Assembly (NCBI RefSeq): GCF_001194135.2
Contig: NC_068983.1
Span: forward strand, 120,446,633-120,510,632
Direction of reading: 5' to 3'
Length of the DNA: 64,000 bases
From: Octopus bimaculoides
Lineage: Eukaryota
A program made the position numbers and the translations under genes. The notes under the pieces were generated by a model. It saw nothing but the letters and a program-made list of their open reading frames with translations. It ran no database searches and was not told where the DNA came from. Within the stretch, counting starts at the first letter, position 1; the number at the start of each line of letters is the position of its first letter. Of the stretch, positions 38,295-51,697 are shown piece after piece.

Positions 38295-39510
38295 TTTGAA
38301 CATGAGGTTTATTTTTCAATGTAGTCCCCCTTGCACTCCACACATTTCTTCCATCAGTGTTGAAGTGCTTGGTTCCCATTGGTGAAGAAGCTTTTATCCT
38401 GTTTGGTAAAAGTCATCAACAGCAGATATGTCATCGCTGTGATACTGGTTCCCAACTAAGTGTTTTTCCATGTTGGGGAACAGATGATAGTGAAATGGGG
38501 CCAAATCAAGAGAATAGGGAGCGGTGATCAACCAGTTTAAAGCCACAGTCACACACAGTAGCCATTGAAACCAAGGACTTGTGTGTTGGAGCATTGTTTT
38601 GACAAAACAAAACCTCTTTTGTCCTGGGCATTTGGTCTTGATAAACTTTCGTAACTATCTCAGCAAGTTGGCATAGTAATCTCCATTGGTGATGTGGCCT
38701 TTTTGAAGATATTCAATGAACACTATGCCTTTTGCATCCCAAAAATCTGAGGCCATCACTTTTCTTGCAGATGACATGACCTTGGTCTTTTTTGGGGTGG
38801 GTGAAGATGGGTGTTTCCACAGCATGGATTGTCTCTTTGTCTCTGGCTGATGAAGCCAACACTCATCCTGGCTTAGGAAATATTCAATAAAACTAGCTGG
38901 ATCTGCCTGAAACAATGTCAAATTTTCCCATGATTTGATCTGCCTAGTGTACTTTTGATCAGGTATCAGAAGACATGGCATTCACCAAGCAGAAACCTAT
39001 ATCATGCCAAGATCATTTTGTAGAATATTCTAAACACTCTCACAGGATATGCTAATAACACTGGCTATTTGATTTATAGTCAGTTGCCTGTCCTCCATCA
39101 GCATGTGGTGAACATGATCAATGTTTCCCTTGGTGGTACCTGTTTCATGACGTCCAGACTGTGGGTATCTTCAAGACTCTGTTCCTCTCCTAAATTCAGC
39201 TGCCTACTTTTGCACTGTTGATAATGGTTGAGCATCACCCCCTAATGTAACGACCATGTTAACATGAATGTCCTTGAGGGCTAAACCATTTTTCTTCCAA
39301 GTACTTAACACCACAATGCCAATTTTTTTCTGTTTTCAAGAGAAGTTGCTACTAGTTATGTTTGAAGTCTCCTTTGAAGAGTGAAATGTCAGCTTACCTG
39401 GAAAGAAACAATGCAGTTATTAATAAGGGGAAATGAAATTACTACATGCAAAATTCCACAGCTCTAGCATCACCCCTTCATAGTCGGCCTATGAACTTTT
39501 CAGCCCACCA
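38295..39510 (-). mobile_element. Degenerate mariner element
   Basis: FLSQDECWLHQPETKRQSMLWKHPSSPTPKK...VMASDFWDAKGIVFIEYLQKG..NGDYYANLL and APYSLDLAPFHYHLFPNMEKHL. TIR GTCGGCCTATGAACTTTTCAGCCCACCA|TA at 39483-39512, same family as 13889. Confidence 0.92.
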
Positions 39511-39656
39511 TAGATTACTACTTATTCCCCTAAGGAATTCCCATTTTCCAAATTTTGATGGGCCTTTAAAATGTCAGAGCGTTGCCTCTTCTCATTCAAC
39601 TACCTTATGATAAAAGAACATCTTTTTATGTTCTCTTAAACTAAATTTACTTGCAG

Positions 39657-39757
39657 ATATTGTCCCAAATCCAATGTTTGGACAGAGCTACCATCTATGT
39701 CCAGTCCACGAGCACTCTGTGGAAGTGTTGTACATAAGGATAAAATCTATGTTATAG
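39657..39757 (+). CDS. Kelch-like protein coding exon 4
   Basis: ttgcag|A TAT TGT; YCPKSNVWTELPSMSSPRALCGSVVHKDKIYVI(G). 101 nt, phase 2 to 1; donor G|GTGAGT. Not in the supplied ORF track. Confidence 0.94.
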
Positions 39758-40104
39758 GTGAGTTATAATCATTGAATATTCATCTACCAAATTTTACTCT
39801 CATGACTGAACTAAGGCTATGGCAGAAGACACTTATCCAAAGTGCTGTGCATTACCCCAACCCATATGGTTGGGAAGCAAGCTTCCTATCAAGCAGCCAT
39901 GCCTGTGCGTATTTGATTATAATTTGTATTAGTCATAGCAGTTAATTCATAACGATATATTTTAGTATTTTGTGAGAAATGTTTGCTGTCATTTCAATCC
40001 TGGTGATTTCTCTGCTTCATTTTTTTTACCTGTACTTCGTTTGTCCAAATTTGAGAGTTGATAAAACGAGAACCAGTCAAATACTGGGGTCATTATCACT
40101 GACT

Positions 40105-40493
40105 GTGGAGGCGCAATGGCCCAGTGGTTAGGGCAGCGGACTCGAGGTCATAGAATTGCGGTTTCGATTCCCAGACCGGGCGTTGTGAGTGTTTATTGAG
40201 CTAAAGCACCTAAAGCTCCATGAGGCTCCGGCAGGGGATGGTGGCGAACCCTGCTGTACTCTTTCACCACAACTTTCTCTCACTCTTACTTCCTGTTTCT
40301 GTTGTGCCTGTAATTCACAGGGTCAGCCTTGTCACATTGTGTCACGCTGAATATCCCCGAGAACTACGTTAAGGGTACACGTGTCTGTGGAGTGCTCAGC
40401 CACTTGCATGTTAATTTCACGAGCAGGCTGTTCCGTTGATCGAATCAACTGGAACCCTCGACATTGTAAGCGACGGAGTGCCAACAACAACAA
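40105..40493 (+). mobile_element. Full-length young tRNA-derived SINE (389 bp) with 11-bp TSD
   Basis: A box TGGCCCAGTGG 40117-40127, B box GGTTTCGATTCC 40170-40181, (CAA)n tail, TATCACTGACT at 40094-40104 and 40494-40504; CpGs retained. Confidence 0.93.
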
Positions 40494-40912
40494 TATCACT
40501 GACTAGCCTCCTCCCCTCAAACTGCTGGCCCCGTGCCAAAATTTGAAACTGTTATTTTTCACTTATGAAAAGCCTATGAGGGAACTTGTATGTGGTTGTT
40601 TGTTCTGCTAGGAGTAGCAGCCAAATCTCCCTCAAAGTACAGTCATCTTTGAAAAAAAAAAAAAAAATTGTTAGACTGGATAATGTAATTTTGAAAAAGA
40701 TGAAATGGTCATGGTCGGAATGTATTTGATTATAGATCAGTGCTAAATTGGAGCTAAAAGAAATCAAGAGACCATTGCTATTTGTAATCAGTGTGTGTGC
40801 TAGATTGTAATCATTATAGATCTGTGTTAGACTGAATTCAGTTTTGTCTTTGCTTTACATATTCGAGCTGTATCACATCGAAATCTTTGCTGTTTAGCAA
40901 GTTAGAATTTAA

Positions 40913-41120
40913 CCCTTTAGCATTCAGATGACTTTTTTTAATGCAATGCTTATTTATTCACATTGTTTTGAATTAACCCTGCATTATTTTGTAGCTTCAA
41001 TATTACAAAGATGTGATTATTTTTAGACTTACATTATAAGATAGGTGTGAAAAGCTAGATCTGGCCAGTTTTTAACATAAAACTGGTAGAATATTTTGGC
41101 TAGATATGGCTGGGTTGAAT
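40913..41120. mobile_element. piggyBac-type MITE fragment
   Basis: TTAA|CCCTTTAGCATTCAGAT start; inverse family member at 51484-51697. Confidence 0.6.
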
Positions 41121-41271
41121 ATATATTTTTCTATTTCAAAGAAAGGTTTATGGGGAAATTTGTCTGATAAATTGGGTGGTCAAATTTGATGGATTTTTCT
41201 TTACTGGTCCTATTTTTTACCGCTGCGTGGTAAAACACTCCTATACAATTAACTTCTGTTTATTCATATCG

Positions 41272-41422
41272 GCCCAGGCATGGCTGTGTAGTAAGAAGCT
41301 TACTCCCTGGTTCAGCCCCACTATGTGGTACCTTGGGCAAGGGTCTTCTATATCCTCTGACCAACCAAAGCCTTGTGAGTGAGTTTGGTAGATGGAATCT
41401 GAAAGAAGCCTCTCTCTCTCTT

Positions 41423-41493
<71 letters not shown>

Positions 41494-41977
41494 TTCTCTC
41501 TCTCTCTNNNNNNNNNNNNNNNNNNNNNNNNNNNNNNNNNNNNNNNNNNNNNNNNNNNNNNNNNNNNNNNNNNNNNNNNNNNNNNNNNNNNNNNNNNNNN
41601 NNNNNNNNNNNNNNNNNNNNNNNNNNNNNNNNNNNNNNNNNNNNNNNNNNNNNNNNNNNNNNNNNNNNNNNNNNNNNNNNNNNNNNNNNNNNNNNNNNNN
41701 NNNNNNNNNNNNNNNNNNNNNNNNNNNNNNNNNNNNNNNNNNNNNNNNNNNNNNNNNNNNNNNNNNNNNNNNNNNNNNNNNNNNNNNNNNNNNNNNNNNN
41801 NNNNNNNNNNNNNNNNNNNNNNNNNNNNNGACAACCAGTGTTGGATCAGCAAAAGAGACTGCTAAAATAAGTACCAGGCTTTAAAAAAATGTCTTGGGGT
41901 CAATTTGTTCAACTAAAACCTTTCAAGGCACTGCCCCAGCACAGTCACAGTCAAATTACTGAAACAAGTAAAAGATA
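41272..41977 (+). mobile_element. tRNA/CORE-like SINE with internal (CT)n expansion and gap
   Basis: GGCATGGCTGTGTAGTAAGAAGCTT...GTACCTTGGGCAAG...GAAAGAAGCC-(CT)n-N...AAATAAGTACCAGG...GAAACAAGTAAAAGATAA. Confidence 0.75.
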
Positions 41978-42445
41978 ACAGATGAGATCTTACCATACCA
42001 AGGGTTGAATGTCTAATTCAGTATCTGCATGACCTGTTAGTACAAATACAGATTAGTTAGACTGCAGTTAATACCTTCAGCTACTAAACATTCTCCCTCA
42101 ATTTCTATAAACACTTGAACAAAGGAGGTTCAATGATCATTTGGTCTGCTAGAAATAGTTGTCAAATCTCCTTTGACTTGTATCCTACTGCTTTTCAAAT
42201 AAAAGATTGAATAATGTAGTCCTAGGTATAGTAAGCCTGAATAAAACTAGATTGTTTAGGCTTGCTTTAAAAAAAAAATTAAGGCCTGCTAAATCTGCAC
42301 TGACCCAGATAACTACAAATACCTGAATTTATAGAAGCATTCCATCCATACCAAAGAGGTTGAAAAGTTGGATTATCATTTTATATAATTCATAATTTGA
42401 CTTGTATTAACAATGGGATTCAATTTGTTTGTTTTTTATCTTCAG

Positions 42446-42583
42446 GTGGCAATGCTGCTGTTAGCGAAAAGTGGCGAAGGGAATTCATTCCAGAACACTG
42501 TGTTAGTTCTGTGGAAATCTTTGATCCAGAGACAGAATCTTGGTCAATGGGGCCTGAATTACCAAATGCATTATGTGGAGCTG
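42446..42583 (+). CDS. Kelch-like protein coding exon 5
   Basis: ttttatcttcag|GT GGC; GGNAAVSEKWRREFIPEHCVSSVEIFDPETESWSMGPELPNALCGA(G). 138 nt, phase 1 to 1; donor G|GTATGT. Confidence 0.95.
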
Positions 42584-43255
42584 GTATGTGTAAATTGAGC
42601 CTTAAAGCAGCTTACATATCTAAGGCAATGATGTTANNNNNNNNNNNNNNNNNNNNNNNNNNNNNNNNNNNNNNNNNNNNNNNNNNNNNNNNNNNNNNNN
42701 NNNNNNNNNNNNNNNNNNNNNNNNNNNNNNNNNNNNNNNNNNNNNNNNNNNNNNNNNNNNNNNNNNNNNNNNNNNNNNNNNNNNNNNNNNNNNNNNNNNN
42801 NNNNNNNNNNNNNNNNNNNNNNNNNNNNNNNNNNNNNNNNNNNNNNNNNNNNNNNNNNNNNNNNNNNNNNNNNNNNNNNNNNNNNNNNNNNNNNNNNNNN
42901 NNNNNNNNNNNNNNNNNNNNNNNNNNNNNNNNNNNNNNNNNNNNNNNNNNNNNNNNNNNNNNNNNNNNNNNNNNNNNNNNNNNNNNNNNNNNNNNNNNNN
43001 NNNNNNNNNNNNNNNNNNNNNNNNNNNNNNNNNNNNNNNNNNNNNNNNNNNNNNNNNNNNNNNNNNNNNNNNNNNNNNNNNNNNNNNNNNNNNNNNNNNN
43101 NNNNNNNNNNNNNNNNNNNNNNNNNNNNNNNNNNNNNNNNNNNNNNNNNNNNNNNNNNNNNNNNNNNNNNNNNNNNNNNNNNNNNNNNNNNNNNNNNNNN
43201 NNNNNNNNNNNNNNNNNNNNNNNNNNNNNNNNNNNNNNNNNNNNNNNNNNNNNNN

Positions 43256-43302
<47 letters not shown>

Positions 43303-45401
43303 CTGTATCCAAGAACATGCTAATCGACTGATTAGCAATCATTCATATATTAAACTACTCACACAAATTGCTTTTGTTTTCACTTGACAAACTACAACTA
43401 ATCACAGGTACACATGCAGTTTCTTCTCTCAGCCGACACTTACATACTATTTCTTCACTCATTGAACATACATCAGCTGCTGGCTCACACACACCATTTC
43501 TTCTTTGTCTCTTTTACTTATTTTCTAACTTCTACTGCTGTTCCTCTGAACTATTTTGGTGTGTGCATCTTTCAGTCAGTACCATTTCATTTCTTACTAA
43601 CATTATCACTGTATCTGTTCAAGTTTTGCCAAGGTCAACTTTGCCTTTCATCCTTTTGGGGTTGATTAAATAAGTACTAGTTGAGCAATGGAGTTGATGT
43701 AATTAGCTAATCCACTTTCTCCAAATTTTAGACCTTGTGCCTATAGTAGTGATTATTACCATTATATCTGACCTATCAAAACCCTGATTAAACACTTTTT
43801 CAAGCCTTCCTTCCTGCAATTGCAACCTAGGCATGAGCAACCTTTTTTTGAAAAGTGAGCTACATGAAACATGGCTTAACTTTGGATGAGCTGCACTACT
43901 ACTAGAATTCAAGTTAAATTTTTTGTTAGATGTTGCCATCCAGTAAGTTCTATAGGCCTCAGGTTACCCATGACTGCTGATACTTCCCTTGCCAGCATCT
44001 TTTCTCTTAAGATTAACCCATAACTATTCAAGCTGAACATCAACCGCATAAATTTTTACTAGTCTGTCTTTATGGGTACTACTGCTCCATCCCCTACTAA
44101 TGTCCCACTCATGTTTTTCTTGTATACATTCTAATACATAAATTCATGTGGAATATTGACCTCATCAATTTGAGAAGGCTAACAAAGGTCAGTGGGGCTG
44201 ACCTATACACCTTTGGTTAAAAATATTTAAAAGAAAAAAAAAGAACTGACAAAATTCAGTATTGTGATTTGATTGTGTTTTGGAAATTAGTCTTTGGCTA
44301 TAAAATATTTTCTAATTGCTGTTATGAAGTTGACATTATAATGTATTGTATTAAAACCAACATATTTTCTTGATACAGAAAAGAAAAAAAAATATTTATC
44401 TACTTTTTTCTAAAAATAGCTTGTCTGTTGGATTGTGTCACTGTCTTCAAGATTAAACACTCCTCAAGCTGGTCTGTCTCAAAATAATCAAATAAAATTA
44501 GCGAAATAAACTACACACATTCACACACAGTATTTTTATTGAAATTATATGTCTCATGATGTTAGTTTCAGGCTACTGCAATCATATAATTTAAAATAGT
44601 ATATTAAACATTTCGACTATCAGCTTTTGCTCATTTACATAGCCCTCTCCAGTATAGGCTGTTACAAGCTCTCTCTCTCTCTCGTTTGCTGATTTGGTTT
44701 CCTGTCTGTAGATAGGAGTGTGGTGAAAGATAAAGCTGGGATGGGAAGGTGTCAAAGAAATAAGGGCCAGATGTTTAGTAGATATTTTATAAATTTACAT
44801 TAATACCAAATACAACACTAATTCCCTACAAATTAGGTGCAAGGACACGACTTTCGGGTGAGGTTATATTCAAATTGATCCACTGTACTTATTTGAACTC
44901 TAAATGTAATGACTATTTTTTATATTCTGTTAGTTCTGCTGTATAATGCATCATTATGTAACTTTTTAATATGCTCTAAGGGAGGTAATTGCTTCAGTTC
45001 TCAATTATATATATTTTTTTTTTTCCGGATACATAAATACTCAGGAAAAAGAAAAATCTTCTGGAAATAAATAAAATTACCCTGGATGTCTAAAATATAA
45101 ACTTAAATATTTCTCGTATTACTGGAAAAAAAAACCCCTCTAAGATTAAGAAATAGAAAATCTCGAAAAAATGTTTACTAAATTTATGAAATTTTCATCT
45201 GAAAAGCATCAATAATAATTATTACTCATTTGTGCTAGTTGTTAGTATAAAATTAATGGTAGAAATATGTATAGCTATAACTGTATCCAATATTAAAATT
45301 GTAATGGAGGATACTTCTATTTAATACACTTAATGATTTAATTATTGTTCTATTTTTGATAAAACTAATTCTGACTTGAGATTTTTTCTATCTTACATCA
45401 G

Positions 45402-45595
45402 GCTGTGTCAGCTACGACGGCAAAGTGTTAACTGTGGGTGGCGAAGATGACAAGAGTTGGATGGCGGGCCTTTGCTGGTTACAAGAGGACAGTAATGGTC
45501 AAGAAGTATGGATGGAAGGTCAAGAGTTACCAACAGTTATGAGTACCTTTGGCTGTGTTGTGGCAAACCTTATAAATCAGCTTAATTTCACTTAA
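45402..45595 (+). CDS. Kelch-like protein last coding exon (stop TAA 45593-45595)
   Basis: tcttacatcag|GC TGT; GCVSYDGKVLTVGGEDDKSW...WMEGQELPTVMSTFGCVVANLINQLNFT*. 194 nt closes the frame; total CDS 1860 nt, 619 aa. Confidence 0.93.
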
Positions 45596-48500
45596 ATGCA
45601 GAGAATCAAAGAAGCCTCTAATCACTCCTCATTAACAGATTAAATCATCAAATCATCGTTATTTTGTACTTTCTGTATTCATAAAACACGGTTGTTGGTA
45701 CCTGGTGTTTGTTTCTTAGTTTATTTGTAAACAATCTTTCATAAAGAACAAAACACCACGATGCCATATTTTTTATTCTCCATGAACTAAGAAATTGTCT
45801 TAGTGTTTTTAAGCTGCCAAGAGATCTGAGTAAATACCTAAATAAATTTCTTCAAACTTTGCTGAGTCAGTAGGTTTCATGTGATTTGACTGGTTTTGTT
45901 GCAACAGAGCGCTTTATAAAATGTGTATTTATTTGTACATACGTGTGTATGCATGGATGTATTTGCTGTTGTTTGGACTAAAGAAGTTGAGTTTTAGGAG
46001 GACATGTTGTTTAGTGTTGATACTGGAAACACTTGTAAAAAAAAAAAAAAAAATCTAAATTCAACCCCTTTTTCTTTTTTTACTGAATGAGCTGAAGAAT
46101 GTGAAGGTGCATCATATTGTGCACAGGGCTCAGTTTATGACAGAATTTAGTTTTATTGCTTTTGATGTTGGATTCAAATGTTCCTTGGGCCAACATTGCA
46201 TTATTTCTCACTCAAGCTGATAAAATTGGCTTCTACCATGTGCTGGGGTTTCTTTTAATTAACCATGCCTATGTATAATTGACCCTGTAGTTAAGTAACA
46301 ATTCACTATTTAATATATACATAAGAAACAGCCAAATTGTATGAGTGAGAGTAAAGTAGCCTTACTTTATTCTGAAATTTATGGGGTTAATATTGCATTC
46401 CTGTACACCGAGTCAGTATAGAAGCCCCGATCATTTTATTTCTCAACACAGTGTAAGGTTGTAAGGTTTTAGCATTCATGTAGACTTTGCTGATATTTTG
46501 TTGATTTAAAAATAGGGTGTGAATGGTGCAACTGTTTTCAATGTTTCAGGGTTAGTTAACTAAATTTTATTTCAATTGAAAGAAATTTAATCGATGATAT
46601 TCTATATTCAGTCAAATCATTGTGCATATTAATAAATCAATAACTTTGTTATAGACTGAAGAATGTCCTTTGTAGGGGTGTTATCTTTTTTATTGTTTTT
46701 CTAAGCTATTATTTTTCCAAATTTGGACTTTTCCTAAGATTGTCACTGCTAGCAGGACCAGTTTTAAACCATTTAGACAAATTTGTTCAAATTGGGCTCT
46801 GCACCAAGAGAGAACCCAGTGCACATGCTCAAGTGGCAGTCACTATGATGAATTTTTAATATATCATTGTGGCTAATGATGGAGCTTCAAGCTCCTAATG
46901 TTCAGCTCTTGTAAAGTACCCCACTGACAGTTCTCTAATTGAGCCCTACACTTCCTAGTGCCGACTCTGTTACTAGAGTATATGCTTTGTATATTAGGTG
47001 CTAATTCTGTATCTAAATACTTATCAGTGAAGTTGTAGAATCTGCTGTCAACCAGGCTTTCTGATACAATTGACGTTAACTACTCTATACTGAGGTATAA
47101 CTCAATATGGCAATAAGTTTCTATGTAGTCCTTTAAAGCTGCTCCAACTAGTTAGTAAATTTCAATCAGTATAAAGCCCTCGATATACTTGACAATTCTG
47201 TTAATTTTAGCCCCTGTCTTTTTTTTTTTTTTTTTTTTTTTTTGTTAGATGGTTTCACTTCATTTATTTCAGTTAACATTGATAACAGTTATGACTTAAC
47301 TGCATCTCTTTTTGTCTGAAGTGTCTCTGATATGATTGAAAGATTTGAATGGAAATCATTATAAATAATTATAAACATGTTTTTCTCACTTTTCACTTGT
47401 GTAGGGTTCAAATATAACCAGTATCAACTTTCACCTATCATCCTTGAAGGGTTAATAAAATAAAACACCTGCCAAAAACCGGGGTTGATTTGACTAACAT
47501 TATTCCTTGCTCAGAAAAGAAAAAAATCTGGCTTTGTGTCTGCTAAACAATTTCTTCCTCTGTTACCCATAAGGATGGGTTCTGTGAAGTTACAACCATT
47601 GATCTGCTTTTTTTACATGGTTTTTACCTGTAACTTCAGGATTCTTAACCATTACATTTCATATTAATGTTTGAAGTGTATCTAGATAAGCTCTTGGTTA
47701 AAGTAACTTTTCATGGATTATATCAGGAACTAATCATATAGATTTCTTGGAACTGTTCATCTATCCATATGGACAATGGCCATATCATCACTCATAAGTT
47801 TGTGGACTCATTGTTACTGAATAGCTGACAAGTTCAGTATGGGTATAAAGCCTTGTTGCACATTGGACAGGTGTGGTTTGAACTCCTGTGCTAATGCACA
47901 GGTGGCTCTGGACTTCCATGGGTTTCTCTTCTTTTCAGCTTATCTGATCTTGGTTCTTTCCAACGTGCTGACATGTTTCGCAAGCTGCATCTATCTTACT
48001 TTGTCATCTTAAGAAAGTAACTAGGCTTTCAGATCTGAACTGAGCTTTAACAAATATCTCTCGTTGGTGCACTGTCCTCATATTTGGTGTTGGATAAGAT
48101 CATTGACATTGTTAATTGCTGTAGCATTGTTGTTCTGTGCTCACTGTATCTCTTTTATTGTAATGAGCACTGTTTGATTGAACATGCACGTCTTCTACCT
48201 AAACATATCTATTACACCCACCTATTTGCTTCTTGTCTGTCACCTGTAATAAGTTTCTTTCTCTAAACTTCATGCCACATTGCACCTCATTTCTAAAACT
48301 GACCACTGCTGTGAAATTCTCTCCTTCAACATATTCCTTCAATACACTTATATAAGTTCCATATTATCTGCACCAACCTCAGAATGGACTCATATGGGAA
48401 TTATCTTCACTCATATGTAAAAGGAGAAAAAAATGTTATTTATTAAAACCTAACCTTTCTATCAATCACTATATACTGACCATGTAGGAATACATTTTTT

Positions 48501-51320
48501 TAAAACCTAGAATTACTTTTGGGGTTAATGGGAAGTTGACAACCAGCAAGTTCTAAGATATCTTTTGTTTTAATTCAGCACCATTTGTATATAGACTCTA
48601 CCTCTTCTTTCAGCTGTTTTTCTATTGAATTTATACTAAAGATATGTTAAATCTAATATCTGTTTTTGACTGGCTGCCACCTTCACATTGTTGCAGTGCA
48701 AATTATTGATCTTGCTCAGTGTTCTAGCCTCACCTAATTCTCACCTGTTCCAACCAAGTCACCCAAGTTGCTACTTGAAGTTTACAAAAATGTCAAGATT
48801 TTGTTGCCATTTCTAATCATTTTATCAGTTGTGATATTTTATCTATTGAAATGAATGACATGGTATTAAAATTGAAGGAATTTTTTTTTTCCATTTAAGA
48901 TCTTTCTCATGAGCTATATAAGATGTTTTCTTTTTTTTTTATTTTTTATTTTGTGACTTATGCCAACTGTTGAGATGTTTCTTGTGATCTACATCTAATC
49001 TGTTATTTTTACATGTGATCTGTTGAGTATTATCATTCAGTATAGTTACCTGTAATTTGTCCAGTTTAATACAATTTCAGTTACTGCTATTTTTGCACAA
49101 ATGTCTGTTTTTCTCTATCCCACATTCTTTATAAATAGACCAATTTCTCCTCCCCCCACCGTATCATTTTACATTTGTTTTTCCATACTGGCATGAAGTA
49201 GACAGATCTCACAATGTTACACCTTCCATTGCAGTCCTCCATCATCAGGCATGCACAACAGTTAGCTAGTTTCCTGTTATTTTTGGCATTTGTTTTATGT
49301 CTGGTGTCCTTATCAGCAACCATTTGACAACTTAGACTGGGTGGATTTTATCATGCTCTCTGTATTAGAGATCATCCTCAATAAGACCAAAGAGTTCCCT
49401 CTGTCCCTTGTGTTGTCTTTGTTCATTCCTGCTTTAAATATTTTGAAACAGCACAGCTTTTTAAGGTTTTGAAGTTTATTCAAAATTTTCAAAAAGCAAT
49501 TTTCGTGAGTGAAAATTTGAGACTAGTTTAAACTAGTTTCATCATATACCTTTATGTACCATTGTTGATAACATGAATCTTAAAGAATGTAATTTTTTTT
49601 TTTTTTTTCTGTTAATATTTCCCAAATTTGATTTTGTTAAAATTTTAATGTTGGTAGTGTTACGATGATAAGCTTGCCCACCCCTCATCCTTTACCCGGT
49701 GAATGTTTGCAATACATGCTGTTATGCTTCATGGAGATGAGATAGAATTATCAAGCTTTCATGGAAGTTGAAGTATAGTGATCTTGATGTTGTGTGTGAT
49801 ATGAACACTACCAACTGAATTGTTAGGATAACAGGTTAAAATTTTGTTTTTCTTTCATTAGTACATCATTGTGCTGCTATATAAAGGCACCTAATACTTA
49901 TTGGTCCAATCCATTTAGCTGTGAATAGGTGTTACGAAGAGGGACAATTTGGTCTTGTAAGCAACAGATGATACTATTACCTCATTCATGATATAAAATC
50001 CTTCCATGAGCCACTCAAAAGTTAATGGATAATCTAAGTGGTATTATTATCCAAGCTATGCAAAAGCATGAGACTTTGTGTTATGTATATGGTTAGTATG
50101 TTCAGTATGATAACTAGTAGTGTGTTCTAGATAATTGTTGAAGCAGAGATATAAAGTGTCAATGTAATGTATAGAGATTAACTACGAGCAGAGATATAAA
50201 GTGTCAATGTAATGTATAGAGATTAACTACGGTTAGTTGGTTTAAAGAGAATTTTTGATAGCTGTAACCATGGTGGCCCTATTGGAATGAAAATTAAGTA
50301 TAGTTGAATACTTTTGCTGTAGATGGTTTGTACATCATGACTAATTTCTCCATTCTATTTATTATGGTGAATTTTAAGTTGTTTGTACTTAGAATTTTTT
50401 TTAGCCTGCCTTAGTCCAATTTGGTATTTGTTGGTTGATAGTGGAAGCCAGTTAAGTGTTTGTAGTTTGAGTAGAATTACACTTGCTTTTCTAGTTTAAC
50501 TGTAGTTTTGTTTAATAAAGATGAAGTTTATTGGAAGTTTTATATACACCCTTCCCTTTAATATCTGATATATTTGGTTTAAAGTTGCAGGGTTACTGAG
50601 CTTTGCTTTAGATTTACATAATTTCTCCATGTCTAGTTAGATATTTTTTTTTTAAATTGATATTTAATACAACGATACTTATTTTCCCTTCTTTCACTTT
50701 CAATATTAGTTGATTCTTACTTCACTGAAAAATAATGGCTGTTTTTTCAAACCAGAAAGTCTTCATTTTCATATTTTATGTCATTTTGAGCTGGTTCTGG
50801 GCATTTGCTTTCATCTTTCGTTCATCCCTCCATTGACCTTGATGATTTCCTTTGTTACACTTGCCAGTCTTGTCCTGCCTTCTCTCTATTAAATGGACCA
50901 ATATTAAGTCTTACACAAAGGAGACACTTTATTTTTCACTTATTTGTATATTCGAACCAGTTTTGTCATGTATCTACAAGATTGTGTCAACAATTTTGCT
51001 TATTTACTTTTGTATCATGTGTATATAATTATATATTTGTAAACATATTAAATTAACATATTTTATATCTGTGCTGGAATTTGATTTTTTTTTCTTTTGT
51101 AAATTTTAATAAAAGATGAGTAAGCATGATTTTAGTTTTTTTTTTTTTTTAAATTTATTTAAAGATGAATTTTCAAAAATTACTTTGTTTACAAATTAAT
51201 ATATCTTGGAAAGCAGTTTAATTTATTAAAAGGCAAACTTGCAAGCTTTACAAGTCTAGAATTTCTTTTAGTACATTTATTTAAATGAATAAAAAATAAA
51301 TTTTATTTAGAAAATATTAC
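45596..51320 (+). other. Candidate long 3' UTR of the kelch gene
   Basis: AATAAA at 46631, 50514, 51108 (followed by a T-rich tract), 51288 and 51295. Stretch lacks dinucleotide microsatellites and young TEs. The true end cannot be fixed from sequence. Confidence 0.35.
50142..50231. repeat. Perfect 45-bp tandem duplication
   Basis: AGCAGAGATATAAAGTGTCAATGTAATGTATAGAGATTAACTACG x2. Confidence 0.97.
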
Positions 51321-51483
51321 CAGTGTCTTATTTTCTCATCTACTCCAATTGTATAAATGTAATTGCTTGTCAGATGACTTGTGTATTTTTAATGTATGCG
51401 TATGTTTGGTTGAAGCATGAGGGGGGACAGTATCCATGATGTTTTGCAGTATCTTTCAGATATTGAGAAAACTTGTAGCTTAA

Positions 51484-51697
51484 CCCTTTAGCATTTAAAC
51501 TTGCTATATCTGGCTGAAATATCCTACTTGTTCTATGTTCAAACTGGCCACATCCAACCTCTCACACCGACCTTACAATGTCATTCTAAAAAATTAAATT
51601 GCATCATTGAAGTCTAATAGCAACAAGATAATGTATGATTAATTGAAAACAATGTGAATAAAGAAGCATTACATTTGACAATCTGAATGCTAGTGGG
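51484..51697. mobile_element. piggyBac-type MITE
   Basis: TTAA|CCCTTTAGCATT ... AATGCTAGTGGG|TTAG (degenerate right end). Confidence 0.7.

Noticed and set aside
13887-39512. Composite mariner carrying kelch exons between two same-family TIRs
   Set aside because: Each TIR has its own adjoining transposase relic, and the gene continues in register beyond 39512. These are two independent decayed insertions.
40105-40190. tRNA gene
   Set aside because: A and B boxes are present, but the sequence runs into a 300-bp body, CAA tail and TSD. It is a SINE head; same for 28720-28793.
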